From: Candidatus Latescibacterota bacterium
GTDB lineage: Bacteria; Latescibacterota; UBA2968
Direction of reading: 5' to 3'
Length of the DNA: 64,000 nucleotides
Assembly: GCA_965204375.1 (NCBI GenBank)
Contig: OZ241986.1
Location: 1,568,001-1,632,000, forward strand
Below the pieces are notes generated by a model that saw nothing but the letters and a program-made list of their open reading frames with translations, had not been told where the DNA came from and made no database searches. This document shows, one piece after another, positions 1 through 9,203 of the stretch; positions within the stretch are counted from its first letter, which is position 1, and each line of letters begins with the position of its first letter. The translations under genes and the position numbers were made by a program.

Positions 1-166
1 TTCGTACACCTGGCGAAAGACCACAGCAGGCGCATAACATCCGTAATCCATTGTGGTTCCCGCCCAATCTAACAAAATGGCTTTTAGTTCACCGCGGTAT
101 GTACGTCGAAAATTAAAATCCATTTTCTGTCCTTTCTGATTTATTGGCAAAAAAGCGAATCGTCTT

Positions 167-1303
167 GTGGAACAGATTACCTACATGGCATCCGGAGCCA
201 TTGAGACTGTCCAGTCTTTGTTAGATGACAGATCCGTGCGGTCTGTTTTTGTTGTGGCTGATCGCACAGCCTACGATGAATCCGGTGCCAAAATGCATAT
301 AGAGTCCGCATTACAGGGGCGCGTCCAGGTCACCTTTGATGATTTTGCGCCCAATCCCAAATACGCCGATGTGATACGCGGTGTCAAGTTCTGGCACGCA
401 CATCCATGTGATATGATGATTGCCATAGGTGGTGGGTCTGCAATTGATATGGCCAAGCTCGTTGGCATTTGCGGTACACATCGCGGGCAATACCGCGATC
501 TTCTTACAGGAAATATACCGATTCGAGATAAAGTCGCACCGTTAATCGCCATACCCACCACAGCGGGTACGGGAAGTGAAGCGACGCATTTTGCTGTGGT
601 TTATGTCGAGGAACAAAAATATTCCGTTGCACACGCCAATGTGTTGCCAGAATACGCAATTATCGATCCCAATCTGACAGACAATTTGCCACCTTCTATT
701 ACCGCACATACTGGCCTGGACGCACTGTCACAGGCTGTTGAATCTTTGTGGAGTGTGAATGCAACCGCGCAATCGCGCGTTTTTGCAAGCGAAGCTCTCA
801 CACTGGTGCTCGATAATCTCGTGGCCGCTGTTCACCGTCCCACGCCCGATGCGCGCGCCAATATGTGTCGCGCTGCCCATCTATCTGGTAAGGCGATCAA
901 TATCAGCAAGACCACCGCACCTCACGCGATTTCCTATACGCTCACATCTCAATTTGGCGTGCCTCACGGTTTGGCTGTGGCTCTGACATTGGGTGCAGTT
1001 TTAATATACAACAATGGCGTAACCAGTGGTGATTGTTGGCATCCCAAAGGTGTTGCTCAAGTTCAGAAAGATATCAGAGAGATCAACAGGCTGATAGGGG
1101 TTGCGAGTTCTGAAGAAGCTCGAAAACACATTGACGATCTCATCAGCACCATTGGTTGCCCAACTCGTCTTCGACAGGTTGGCGTGGATACCGACGCAGA
1201 TCTGGAAACACTTGTGCAGAATGTCAATACGGAACGTCTAAAAAACAATCCGCGCGCCCTGTCGCAGTTTGAGTTAAGACGAATACTCAAAGAAATCCAT
1301 TAG
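167..1303 (+). CDS. Iron-containing alcohol dehydrogenase, phosphonoacetaldehyde reductase-like subfamily
   Basis: GGGSAIDMAK, IPTTAGTGSEAT, TTAPHAISY..PHGLAV and C-terminal NNPR motifs. Confidence 0.8.
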   Translation: MEQITYMASGAIETVQSLLDDRSVRSVFVVADRTAYDESGAKMHIESALQGRVQVTFDDFAPNPKYADVIRGVKFWHAHPCDMMIAIGGGSAIDMAKLVGICGTHRGQYRDLLTGNIPIRDKVAPLIAIPTTAGTGSEATHFAVVYVEEQKYSVAHANVLPEYAIIDPNLTDNLPPSITAHTGLDALSQAVESLWSVNATAQSRVFASEALTLVLDNLVAAVHRPTPDARANMCRAAHLSGKAINISKTTAPHAISYTLTSQFGVPHGLAVALTLGAVLIYNNGVTSGDCWHPKGVAQVQKDIREINRLIGVASSEEARKHIDDLISTIGCPTRLRQVGVDTDADLETLVQNVNTERLKNNPRALSQFELRRILKEIH

Positions 1304-1310
1304 AGGTATT

Positions 1311-3269
1311 ATGGCAGAGGCTTTGAGAGAGATTGAGACAACACGCGATCATCAGATCCGGTCACCGATTTCGGTGTGGTCGCTGTCGATTGGTATTGTA
1401 TTGACGGTGCTGGCGACGAATGCGGGGTCTTACGCGCGATTTATTTTGCACGCGACTCGTCTGGATCAAAATCACCTGTCGATGGCGGCGGTCGTGCCTT
1501 TGATGGTGCTGGTGTTGTTTGCAAACCGATTCTTAAAGTTGAGCCGGGGTGAATTGATTGTCATTTTTGTGATGCCATTGATCGGTGCCACGATGCCGAC
1601 GTATTTTATCGGTAAGATGGTCGCCAATTTTACAGTGCCCCATTATCTGTCTTCGCCGGAAAACCAGTGGACGGTGTATTACGAGACGCTTTTGCCAGCG
1701 TGGACCGTGGTGCCGGGCGGCGAGGGTTTGCGGTGGTTTTTTGAAGGGTTGCCGCGCGGTGCGTCTATTCCGTGGACAATATGGCTGGTACCGGTTTTCT
1801 GGTGGATGACGGTGATTGTCGCCTATTATGGGTGCGCTTTGTGTTTGATGGTAATTTTGCGAAAGCAATGGGTGGAGAACGAGCGCATTGAATATCCTTT
1901 GATGGAGGTGCCACTGGCGGTGCTGGAAGAGCCTAAAGAGAAGGGCTTTTTTCGTATTCCGATCCTAAATCTACCGCTTTTCTGGATTGGTTTTGGATTG
2001 ACGTTTTTCTGGGTGCTGTGGAATGTGATCAATCATTTTAATCCTTCGTTCCCCCAGATCCCCTGGCGTTATCCCAATGTGGTGTTCGACCGGGCTTTCC
2101 CACCTATTTCGATGCGTATGTATCCAGTTGTGGCAGGATTTGCCTATTTTATCAAGCTGGATATTTTATTTAGTCTGTGGTTTTTTAACTTTTTTACCAC
2201 TATGGAAATGGGCCTTTTCAACCGATTGGGGTATAAGGAGGCCATTTTTGACGAATATTCTACAAATCCGCTTTCGATTGGGGCGCAATCGCACGGTGCA
2301 ATCATTGTGATTGTTCTCGTTGGATTCTGGATGGGCCGAGAACATTTGAAAAATGTGTTTCGCAAGACGTTTTACAATGATCCAGAAGTAGATGACTCGG
2401 GCGAGATTATGTCTTATCGCGCTGCCATGTTTGGATTGATTGGAAGTGCGATTTACCTTGCGGTGTGGCATTATAAGACGGGGATGGAGTTGAAGTTTAT
2501 CCCGCTGTTCCTCTTTGGCGTGCTGGTGATGTATTTGGGACAAACCCGTCTGATTGCAGAGGCAGGACTGATTTCTCTGCGTGCAGCGATGTGTCCGCAA
2601 ATTTTTTCATCGGTCATTCTGGGTATTGACTCCCTGGCACCGCGCACGCTTGTTTCTGTTGCTGTCTCCCACTCGTGGTGTAGCGATATCAAGACGACAA
2701 TTATGCCCGCGCTGGGGCATTCGACCAAGTTATTCGATACCATCCAGACGAATAGGCGGCGCTTGCTCTGGGTACTAATTTTGGCGATGGGTGTGGGCGT
2801 GTTTGCCACGTTTTTGTACACGATTTATATGGGCTATGTAAATGGTGCCGCCAATTACGGCGGGATTTTTACCGGTGAACTGGCGCGCTGGCCCTGGGAT
2901 GATCTGGTCAAGAAGTCAAAGGATCCATGGAGCAGAAATTGGGAGTTGATCGGTTTTTTGTCGGGCGGGGCGGCATTTACCTTGCTCCTGATGTTTGTGC
3001 GCTATCGCTTTCCCGGTTTTCCCTTTCACCCCATTGGATTTGCCGCCGGACCAGTGGGCCCCGTGCGATATGTCGTTCTTCCGATTTTTCTGGCGTGGTT
3101 TGCCAAATCTATTATTCTCAGAATTGGTGGCGCACAGGCGTATCGGACAGCGCGACCCTTTTTTATAGGTCTGATTCTCGGGCATTTTATGGGGGCAGGT
3201 ACTTCGTTTGTCATCGATATGATCTGGTTTCCCGGACAGGGACACAATATTCCATTTTCAGATTGGTAA
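1311..3269 (+). CDS. Polytopic membrane protein, DUF6785/DUF6784-like putative transporter
   Basis: 652 aa with many hydrophobic segments; RKQWVENERIEYPL and FPFHPIGF...PFFIGLILG signatures; GAGG RBS. Confidence 0.65.
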   Translation: MAEALREIETTRDHQIRSPISVWSLSIGIVLTVLATNAGSYARFILHATRLDQNHLSMAAVVPLMVLVLFANRFLKLSRGELIVIFVMPLIGATMPTYFIGKMVANFTVPHYLSSPENQWTVYYETLLPAWTVVPGGEGLRWFFEGLPRGASIPWTIWLVPVFWWMTVIVAYYGCALCLMVILRKQWVENERIEYPLMEVPLAVLEEPKEKGFFRIPILNLPLFWIGFGLTFFWVLWNVINHFNPSFPQIPWRYPNVVFDRAFPPISMRMYPVVAGFAYFIKLDILFSLWFFNFFTTMEMGLFNRLGYKEAIFDEYSTNPLSIGAQSHGAIIVIVLVGFWMGREHLKNVFRKTFYNDPEVDDSGEIMSYRAAMFGLIGSAIYLAVWHYKTGMELKFIPLFLFGVLVMYLGQTRLIAEAGLISLRAAMCPQIFSSVILGIDSLAPRTLVSVAVSHSWCSDIKTTIMPALGHSTKLFDTIQTNRRRLLWVLILAMGVGVFATFLYTIYMGYVNGAANYGGIFTGELARWPWDDLVKKSKDPWSRNWELIGFLSGGAAFTLLLMFVRYRFPGFPFHPIGFAAGPVGPVRYVVLPIFLAWFAKSIILRIGGAQAYRTARPFFIGLILGHFMGAGTSFVIDMIWFPGQGHNIPFSDW

Positions 3270-3283
3270 CATTTATAGAACCC

Positions 3284-4687
3284 TCATACAGTAAATTCTG
3301 GCCGACCGAGGGCGTCGGTGGTTTTTTGGCGCTGGTAGATGGGAATTTCGCCGCTGGCATCTTCGAGAATACGACGTTTTGCCCGTTCGATTCTATCTGC
3401 GGCTCGTTCGGCGATGTTCTGGGTGCAGTCCGGGTCTGATTCCAAATCGAAGACGCGCGGGCCAGAAAAGTCCGCCTGAGAAAAGAACCAGGAGGTATGG
3501 TCTTTGTACCAGACGGAATTGCCGTAGCGGCATGTTAGATAGTCTCGCTCGCTGAACGTGTCTGAGGATTCAACGATGGGTAGCAGGCTCTTTCCATCGA
3601 TTTGTCCGATTGGTGAGACACCGGAAATGTCGAGCACTGTTGCGGGTATATCGAGGGTATAGACAAAGGTGTCGGAGATGGTTCCGGCGCCTTTGTTTTG
3701 TGGGTGTCGCAGAATCATCGGGATGCACATGGTGCCGGGATACATGTAGTCTGCTGGTTTGCCGATTATGCCCTCGGCATTGTCGGCGAAATTTGTGCCG
3801 TGGTCGCTGAGAAAAATAACCATGGTATTGTCCCGCAGACCCACTCTGTCGATTGTATCGACCAGTCGTCCAAACCAGGTATCCACCATTGTGACGAGTC
3901 CGGCGTAGTTGGCGCGAATAGAAGTGAGCCGATCTTCATAGTCGGGATTGGCGCTCAAGGGACCATAAGGCACATTGAGACAAATGGGTACTCTGTCTTC
4001 TCGGGTACCATACAGATCGTAGTAGTGGAGTGGGGCTTCCCAGGTTTCGTGGGGGGTAAAGCTATCGACATAGAGGTAAAAAGGCGCGGTTGAAGCATTT
4101 TGCTCGAGGAACTCAATGGCGGCGCGAAACGTCCGCGCAGCGGGCCAGGTCTCTTCGGGACGCTGGGGTTGCACATTGACCAGATGGGCACGGATCAGAT
4201 TCTCGGTCTGTCCTTTTCGGAGTTTATAGCATTCGATCAGTGCCGGGTCTGCTGCAGCTATGGCACGATAGCGGTCCTCTGCCTGGCCGCGAATGAATTG
4301 CCATTGGCGGAAGCCTCGCGTAAAATTCATTCCAGGAACAAAGTAATGGGGTACATCGGCAAAGAAACCGGTGTGATAACCTCCCTGCGCAAGTGCTTCG
4401 GCGATCGTGCCCTCATCAGATGACATAGGTTGCCATCCGGCAAGATACACATTGTCCCAGGGAACGGGACGATAGTCTTTGAAAGGGAAGGCTCGTCGCC
4501 CGGTGTGAAGGGTTCGCCGCGTTGGGATGGTGGGCAAACACTCGGGGTGGGCATTGGTGAAGCGCACGCCTTCTTTGGCAAATTGGTCGAGATTTGGCGT
4601 GTGGATCCAGTCGTTTCCATAAGCACCCAGGAATGACGTGCGAAATGTATCGGCCACGACAACAACGATGTTCATAGGGTCTGACAT
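3284..4687 (-). CDS. Sulfatase-like hydrolase (alkaline phosphatase superfamily)
   Basis: N-terminal VADTFR, PTIPTRRTLHTGR, PHE, SDHG motifs; AGGAG upstream. Confidence 0.85.
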   Translation of the reverse strand: MSDPMNIVVVVADTFRTSFLGAYGNDWIHTPNLDQFAKEGVRFTNAHPECLPTIPTRRTLHTGRRAFPFKDYRPVPWDNVYLAGWQPMSSDEGTIAEALAQGGYHTGFFADVPHYFVPGMNFTRGFRQWQFIRGQAEDRYRAIAAADPALIECYKLRKGQTENLIRAHLVNVQPQRPEETWPAARTFRAAIEFLEQNASTAPFYLYVDSFTPHETWEAPLHYYDLYGTREDRVPICLNVPYGPLSANPDYEDRLTSIRANYAGLVTMVDTWFGRLVDTIDRVGLRDNTMVIFLSDHGTNFADNAEGIIGKPADYMYPGTMCIPMILRHPQNKGAGTISDTFVYTLDIPATVLDISGVSPIGQIDGKSLLPIVESSDTFSERDYLTCRYGNSVWYKDHTSWFFSQADFSGPRVFDLESDPDCTQNIAERAADRIERAKRRILEDASGEIPIYQRQKTTDALGRPEFTV

Positions 4688-4737
4688 TGAGGATCTCCTT
4701 TAGAAAGAGCAGTATGCAAGTGTATTAAAACTATGGT

Positions 4738-5781
4738 TTATCCAGGAGCGCTCTGAGGCTGTTCATTGCCCCAGGGGAATGATTGCACTCTCAAAGAGCG
4801 ATCCACCTTCGACAGGGCGATTTTCACGCCCCCTTGCTTTGAGGAATGGTGGATGGCAAATCCGATCTCTGTCGCTCTGCGTGCATGATTGATGTCACAG
4901 GCCGTGCGACCACCCGTTTTGATAGCTTGTACGAGATCGCGCACCATTGCAGGTCCTGTAGGCCACGGGTCTTCGTCTGTGGGAAGACTGAGGCGTTGGT
5001 AAATATTTTCTCGATAGAGATGGACATGCGTTGCGTCAGAGAGGATGGATAGATGACCTTTTGTTCCCGTGATTTGAAAACTGGGGCCTTTGCCGCCATC
5101 TATTGTGATGTAGGCGACTACGCCGTTGTCCAGACCAATTTGAGCACGCGAAGGCGGATCGAGATTGCGGCGTTCATCGTCTGAATCGCCGTGGTCAATC
5201 AGGCCGCTGACCCATAAGGGTTCGGGATCGCCCAATAACCCCAGCAAGGCGTCGTACCAATGACAGCCATGGTTGATGGTGTTGGGCAGGCCATAAGCGA
5301 CGAGACTCGTGATGGTTCCGATGAGGCCGCTCATGTTCTCGCGAAGGTGGCGATAGGGGAGAGACCAGCGTCGGTCAAGGCCAAAGCAGAGAGGGATGTT
5401 TGCACATGCAGAGATGATACGATCCATCTCTTCAAGGGTTGTAGCCAGAGGCTTGTCACAGAGGATACCCCGAACGCCTGCTGCGGTAGCGGCCTCAATC
5501 TGGTCGGCGTGCATGGTCTGGCGCGTGGCAATGCAGAGTACATCTGGTTTGATCTCTTTGAGCATGTGTTCATAGTCACCAAAGATTGGGATATCGCCCC
5601 AAACGTCCTGCCAGCAGGTAACAAATTCCGCTCGCGTTTCTGCGCCGTAATCGAATACACCGACGATTTCAGTTTCAGGAATGGCCCGAAAAGCCGCGGC
5701 AAAATTGTGATGGGTCAAATCGCGCAGTAGCATGCGATGGCAACCCGCAATGGCGACCCTCAGTATGTTTTCTTTAGCCAT
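4738..5781 (-). CDS. Gfo/Idh/MocA family oxidoreductase
   Basis: VAIAGC, PDVLCIAT..H, CDKPLA, HGCHWYD motifs; AGGAGG RBS. Confidence 0.85.
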   Translation of the reverse strand: MAKENILRVAIAGCHRMLLRDLTHHNFAAAFRAIPETEIVGVFDYGAETRAEFVTCWQDVWGDIPIFGDYEHMLKEIKPDVLCIATRQTMHADQIEAATAAGVRGILCDKPLATTLEEMDRIISACANIPLCFGLDRRWSLPYRHLRENMSGLIGTITSLVAYGLPNTINHGCHWYDALLGLLGDPEPLWVSGLIDHGDSDDERRNLDPPSRAQIGLDNGVVAYITIDGGKGPSFQITGTKGHLSILSDATHVHLYRENIYQRLSLPTDEDPWPTGPAMVRDLVQAIKTGGRTACDINHARRATEIGFAIHHSSKQGGVKIALSKVDRSLRVQSFPWGNEQPQSAPG

Positions 5782-5907
5782 CTCGTGGTCCTCCTATAAA
5801 CTATCTTACGTATTGAAACCCAAAGTAATATATACAGTAACAAGAGTAAAGAACTGAAACACCGCGCATGTCCAAAATGAGATTCAGGACTTGCCCCACC
5901 CATGATT

Positions 5908-5926
5908 TTGCTTATTTTGTAAGCAA
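5908..5926. promoter_or_regulatory. Inverted repeat, possible operator overlapping the rhodanese promoter
   Basis: TTGCTTA-N5-TAAGCAA in a divergent intergenic region, downstream of TTGCCC. Confidence 0.3.
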
Positions 5927-5966
5927 TATATTCCAGAAGTAATCATCTCAATATTGGAGTGTTAAT

Positions 5967-6407
5967 ATGGCGATCAAACAGCTTGAACCAGGAGAAGCAA
6001 AAGCCGCAATGGATGAGGCAGAAAATTCGGTTTATCTCGATGTGCGCACAGAAATGGAGTTTGCCCAGGGACATCCCGAAGGCGCTATCAATATCCCCAT
6101 TGCAGTTCCCGGCCCGGCGGGCATGGTGCCAAATCCCGATTTTTTGACTATTGTGCAAAAAACATTATCCGATAAAGAACAGCCCATTTTTTGTGGGTGT
6201 CAGAGTGGGATGCGTTCTCAGATGGCCGCGGACTTGATGGCGCGGTTGGGGTATTCGAATCTGGCCAATGTTCAGGGCGGCTTTGGTGGAAAAGTCGAAA
6301 ATGGCGTTCTCGTAGTGGTGGGATGGCGCGATTCGAATTTGCCTGTCGAAGCCGATGTTAATGATTCCAATTCTTATGCGAGTATCAAGGCGCGGGCAGA
6401 GTCTTAG
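5967..6407 (+). CDS. Rhodanese-like domain protein
   Basis: YLDVRTEMEFAQGHPEGAINIP and active-site loop CQSGMRS. Confidence 0.9.
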   Translation: MAIKQLEPGEAKAAMDEAENSVYLDVRTEMEFAQGHPEGAINIPIAVPGPAGMVPNPDFLTIVQKTLSDKEQPIFCGCQSGMRSQMAADLMARLGYSNLANVQGGFGGKVENGVLVVVGWRDSNLPVEADVNDSNSYASIKARAES

Positions 6408-6436
6408 GAAAGAGGGACATAGCCTGATTATTTCAT

Positions 6437-7531
6437 TTGAAGGAAAAAAAATATAATTCTCCTTTTGTATTGTGGCAGAGTGAGTTACGAGTGATTAAAG
6501 CAAAATATAAAAAAGCGCGTGAAGCATTTGTTGACGCGGCAGATGTAGAGGTCGGTAGCCGAGTGCTGGATCTCGGCTGGGAGGGAGACTGTCTCGAATG
6601 CTTGCGGGAAACAGGTGCTCGAGTGACTTTTGTGGGGGAGGATATTCGCGCCGTGCAAAAGGCAGAAGCACTTCGAGTAAATGGGGTGCTTAGTGCAATG
6701 CCGGCACAGGTAATTTCCGACGCGCGTGTCGTATTTTACAAACCCGCACAGAGATCTGCCAAAGGTCAAGTATTTGAATGGATTGATCAGGGCTTTCAGG
6801 CGCTTGAAATAGGCGGCGCGCTTTATCTGGCGGGTCAGCGAAATCGCGGCATTAGAAGTTATGCCGCGTATTTGCATGCGGTTTTTAGCAATAGCAGACG
6901 CGCAGGGCGCGTGGGCAGAGTGGAAGTTTACAGCGCGAAAAAGGAGCAGAATGATCCTCATAAAGCACCTGTTGACAATCGAATCACATTTGAATTGCGC
7001 GATTTGCCGGGCAGTCCATACAGCGTTGAAACCCGTGCGGGCGTTTTTTCACGGGATGGACTCGATGACGGGACGAGATTTTTGATCGACTGCATGGAAG
7101 TTCGCCCCACCGACCATATACTGGACTGGGGGTGTGGCTGGGGCGCACTCGGCATGGTTGCTGCGCGTCTATCTGCAAAAGGCAATGCAACGCTCGTCGA
7201 TTCAAATATTCGCGCGGTTTCCTGCGCAGAGGAAAATTTGAGGCGAAATCGGATTTGCAATGCAGTGGTGCATGTGGGAGATGCCCGCGTTTTTGATCGA
7301 CGCGAAAAATTTGATCTTATCGTTTCCAACCCGCCCTTTCACGATGGTAATGCTGCGGCCCATCCCCTTATAGAAGGTGCTTTTCGGGCACTGAGACCGG
7401 GAGGTCGTTTAATGCTTGTTGTGATGCGTCCAGAATCGTATCTGAGACACATTCGCAGAGTTTTTGGACAAGGGGAGATCATGGCGCAAAAAGACGGATA
7501 TGTCGTTCTTGAGGCCCATATTGGGAACTAA
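6437..7531 (+). CDS. rsmC: RsmC-like class I SAM methyltransferase
   Basis: GVFSRDGLDDGT, LDWGCGWG, SNPPFH; degenerate N-terminal MTase-like domain. Confidence 0.7.
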   Translation: MKEKKYNSPFVLWQSELRVIKAKYKKAREAFVDAADVEVGSRVLDLGWEGDCLECLRETGARVTFVGEDIRAVQKAEALRVNGVLSAMPAQVISDARVVFYKPAQRSAKGQVFEWIDQGFQALEIGGALYLAGQRNRGIRSYAAYLHAVFSNSRRAGRVGRVEVYSAKKEQNDPHKAPVDNRITFELRDLPGSPYSVETRAGVFSRDGLDDGTRFLIDCMEVRPTDHILDWGCGWGALGMVAARLSAKGNATLVDSNIRAVSCAEENLRRNRICNAVVHVGDARVFDRREKFDLIVSNPPFHDGNAAAHPLIEGAFRALRPGGRLMLVVMRPESYLRHIRRVFGQGEIMAQKDGYVVLEAHIGN

Positions 7532-7584
7532 TGTATCACACAGGCGTTTATCGCAATGAAGTATAAGGTCTGATAGTTAGTCTT

Positions 7585-7653
7585 GGGCTTCCGCAAGTGT
7601 TCGGTCTGGTCCCCTCCCACCAGATTGGGCGTCTCGCGGAAGCCCGCTTTTTT
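7585..7653 (+). terminator. Long GC/GU hairpin plus U-tract (terminator or sRNA 3' end)
   Basis: GGGCTTCCGC...GCGGAAGCCC outer stem, TCTGGT/ACCAGA inner stem, CCCCTCCC loop, T6 tail. Confidence 0.55.
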
Positions 7654-7703
7654 GTAGTTGACACATCCATTTTCAGAGCGTTAATTTTCTCCCGGCAAAA
7701 GGC

Positions 7704-7732
7704 TTGACAGTCCGGAACTTCGGTTGTATCCT
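7704..7732 (+). promoter_or_regulatory. Sigma70-type promoter for the molybdoenzyme operon
   Basis: TTGACA-17bp-TATCCT. Confidence 0.55.
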
Positions 7733-7831
7733 TAGCATCTTAGAAAAATTCAAAAACATCCGCAGATGGTCCCTGTGAAAATGTAATAAACGCAGACAAA
7801 ATCTGTGGTTTTAATAAAGAGGAGGAAAATT

Positions 7832-8707
7832 TTGAACGCATTTGATTATGAAGCGCCCCAGTCTGTAGATGAGGCTATTTCTCTACTCAGCGCGGGAAAT
7901 GGCAATGTCGGCATTTTGGCGGGCGGCACAGACTTGATCGCGCAGTTGAAGGAGGGGCGCAAGATCGATTTGATGCTCGACCTCAAGCGGATCCCCGAAG
8001 CAACTGCGTTGAGTTTTGATGAGGACAGCGGTTTGAGTATTGGCGCGGCAACACCGTGTTCCCAAATTTACGGTTACGATGTTGTCCAAAGCCGTTATCC
8101 CGCGCTTGTAGATTGTACTTCGCTCATCGGTTCTATTCAGATTCAAAACCGCGGATCTATTGGAGGCAATTTCTGCAATGCCTCACCCGCGGCGGACACC
8201 CCACCTGCTGTCATTGTTCTGGGCGGCACCTGTCGTATTGCGGGACCAAATGGCACGCGCGAAGTCGCCGCGGAGGATTTCTTTACCGGTCCTGGGCAAA
8301 GTGTTCTTCAGTCCGGCGAGTTTCTCATTTCTATTCAGGTGCCAACTCCGGCTGCCAATTCGGGGGCGTTTTTCCTGCGATTTATTCCACGCAACGAAAT
8401 GGATATTGCTGTGGCCAATGCCGCGGCATCCGTGGTTTTAGACAGCGATAAAACGACTATTCAAGAGGCGCGGGTGTCAATTGGAGCCGTTGCCCCCACA
8501 CCCTTGCTCGTTGCCGATGCGGGCGCAGCACTTGAGGGCAAATCGGTGGATGATGAAGACGCAATAGAAGCGGCGTGTGCGGCATCGCGCGCAGCAGCCA
8601 AACCAATTAGCGATATGCGGGGAACTATCGAACAGCGGATTCACCTGTCCGGCGTTTTGACGCGCCGCGCCATTCAAGGAGCCATTCAAAGAGCAAAGGA
8701 GTCTTAA
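7832..8707 (+). CDS. Xanthine dehydrogenase family FAD-binding subunit (CoxM-like)
   Basis: AGGTDL, IQNRGSIGGN, ASPAAD motifs; TTG start after GAGGAGG. Confidence 0.9.
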   Translation: MNAFDYEAPQSVDEAISLLSAGNGNVGILAGGTDLIAQLKEGRKIDLMLDLKRIPEATALSFDEDSGLSIGAATPCSQIYGYDVVQSRYPALVDCTSLIGSIQIQNRGSIGGNFCNASPAADTPPAVIVLGGTCRIAGPNGTREVAAEDFFTGPGQSVLQSGEFLISIQVPTPAANSGAFFLRFIPRNEMDIAVANAAASVVLDSDKTTIQEARVSIGAVAPTPLLVADAGAALEGKSVDDEDAIEAACAASRAAAKPISDMRGTIEQRIHLSGVLTRRAIQGAIQRAKES

Positions 8708-8711
8708 TCGC

Positions 8712-9188
8712 ATGCCAGGAAAAGTTCACGTTACAACGACAATTAATGGAGAATCGGCCGAGTTTTTGTGCGAACCTCGGCAGACAATTCTCGAAGTTTT
8801 GCGGGATCAACTCGATCTTACGGGTACGAAAGAGGGTTGCAGCAATGGCAACTGCGGCGCGTGTAGCATACTGGTCAATGGAGAGGTTATCGATTCCTGC
8901 CTGATGATGGCTGTCGAAGCCGAAGGGCAGGAACTCACGACTATCGAAGGCGTTGCAAGTGCCGATGGCTTACATCCTCTTCAGCAGAAATTTCTCGAAC
9001 ACGCAGCTCTTCAGTGCGGCATTTGTACGCCGGGCTTTATTGTGGCCGCCAAAGCATTGCTCGATCAAGAGTCTGATCCTTCGGAAGAACGCATTCGGTT
9101 ATACTTAGCGGGGAATCTGTGCCGTTGCACGGGGTATGACAAAATCGTCCGCGCGGTACAAGACGCCGCGTCTGAAATGGCCGAATAG
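8712..9188 (+). CDS. Xanthine dehydrogenase family 2Fe-2S subunit (CoxS-like)
   Basis: GCSNGNCGAC, QCGICTPG, NLCRCTGY. Confidence 0.95.
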   Translation: MPGKVHVTTTINGESAEFLCEPRQTILEVLRDQLDLTGTKEGCSNGNCGACSILVNGEVIDSCLMMAVEAEGQELTTIEGVASADGLHPLQQKFLEHAALQCGICTPGFIVAAKALLDQESDPSEERIRLYLAGNLCRCTGYDKIVRAVQDAASEMAE

Positions 9189-9203
9189 GGAGGTGATCCC
9201 ATA

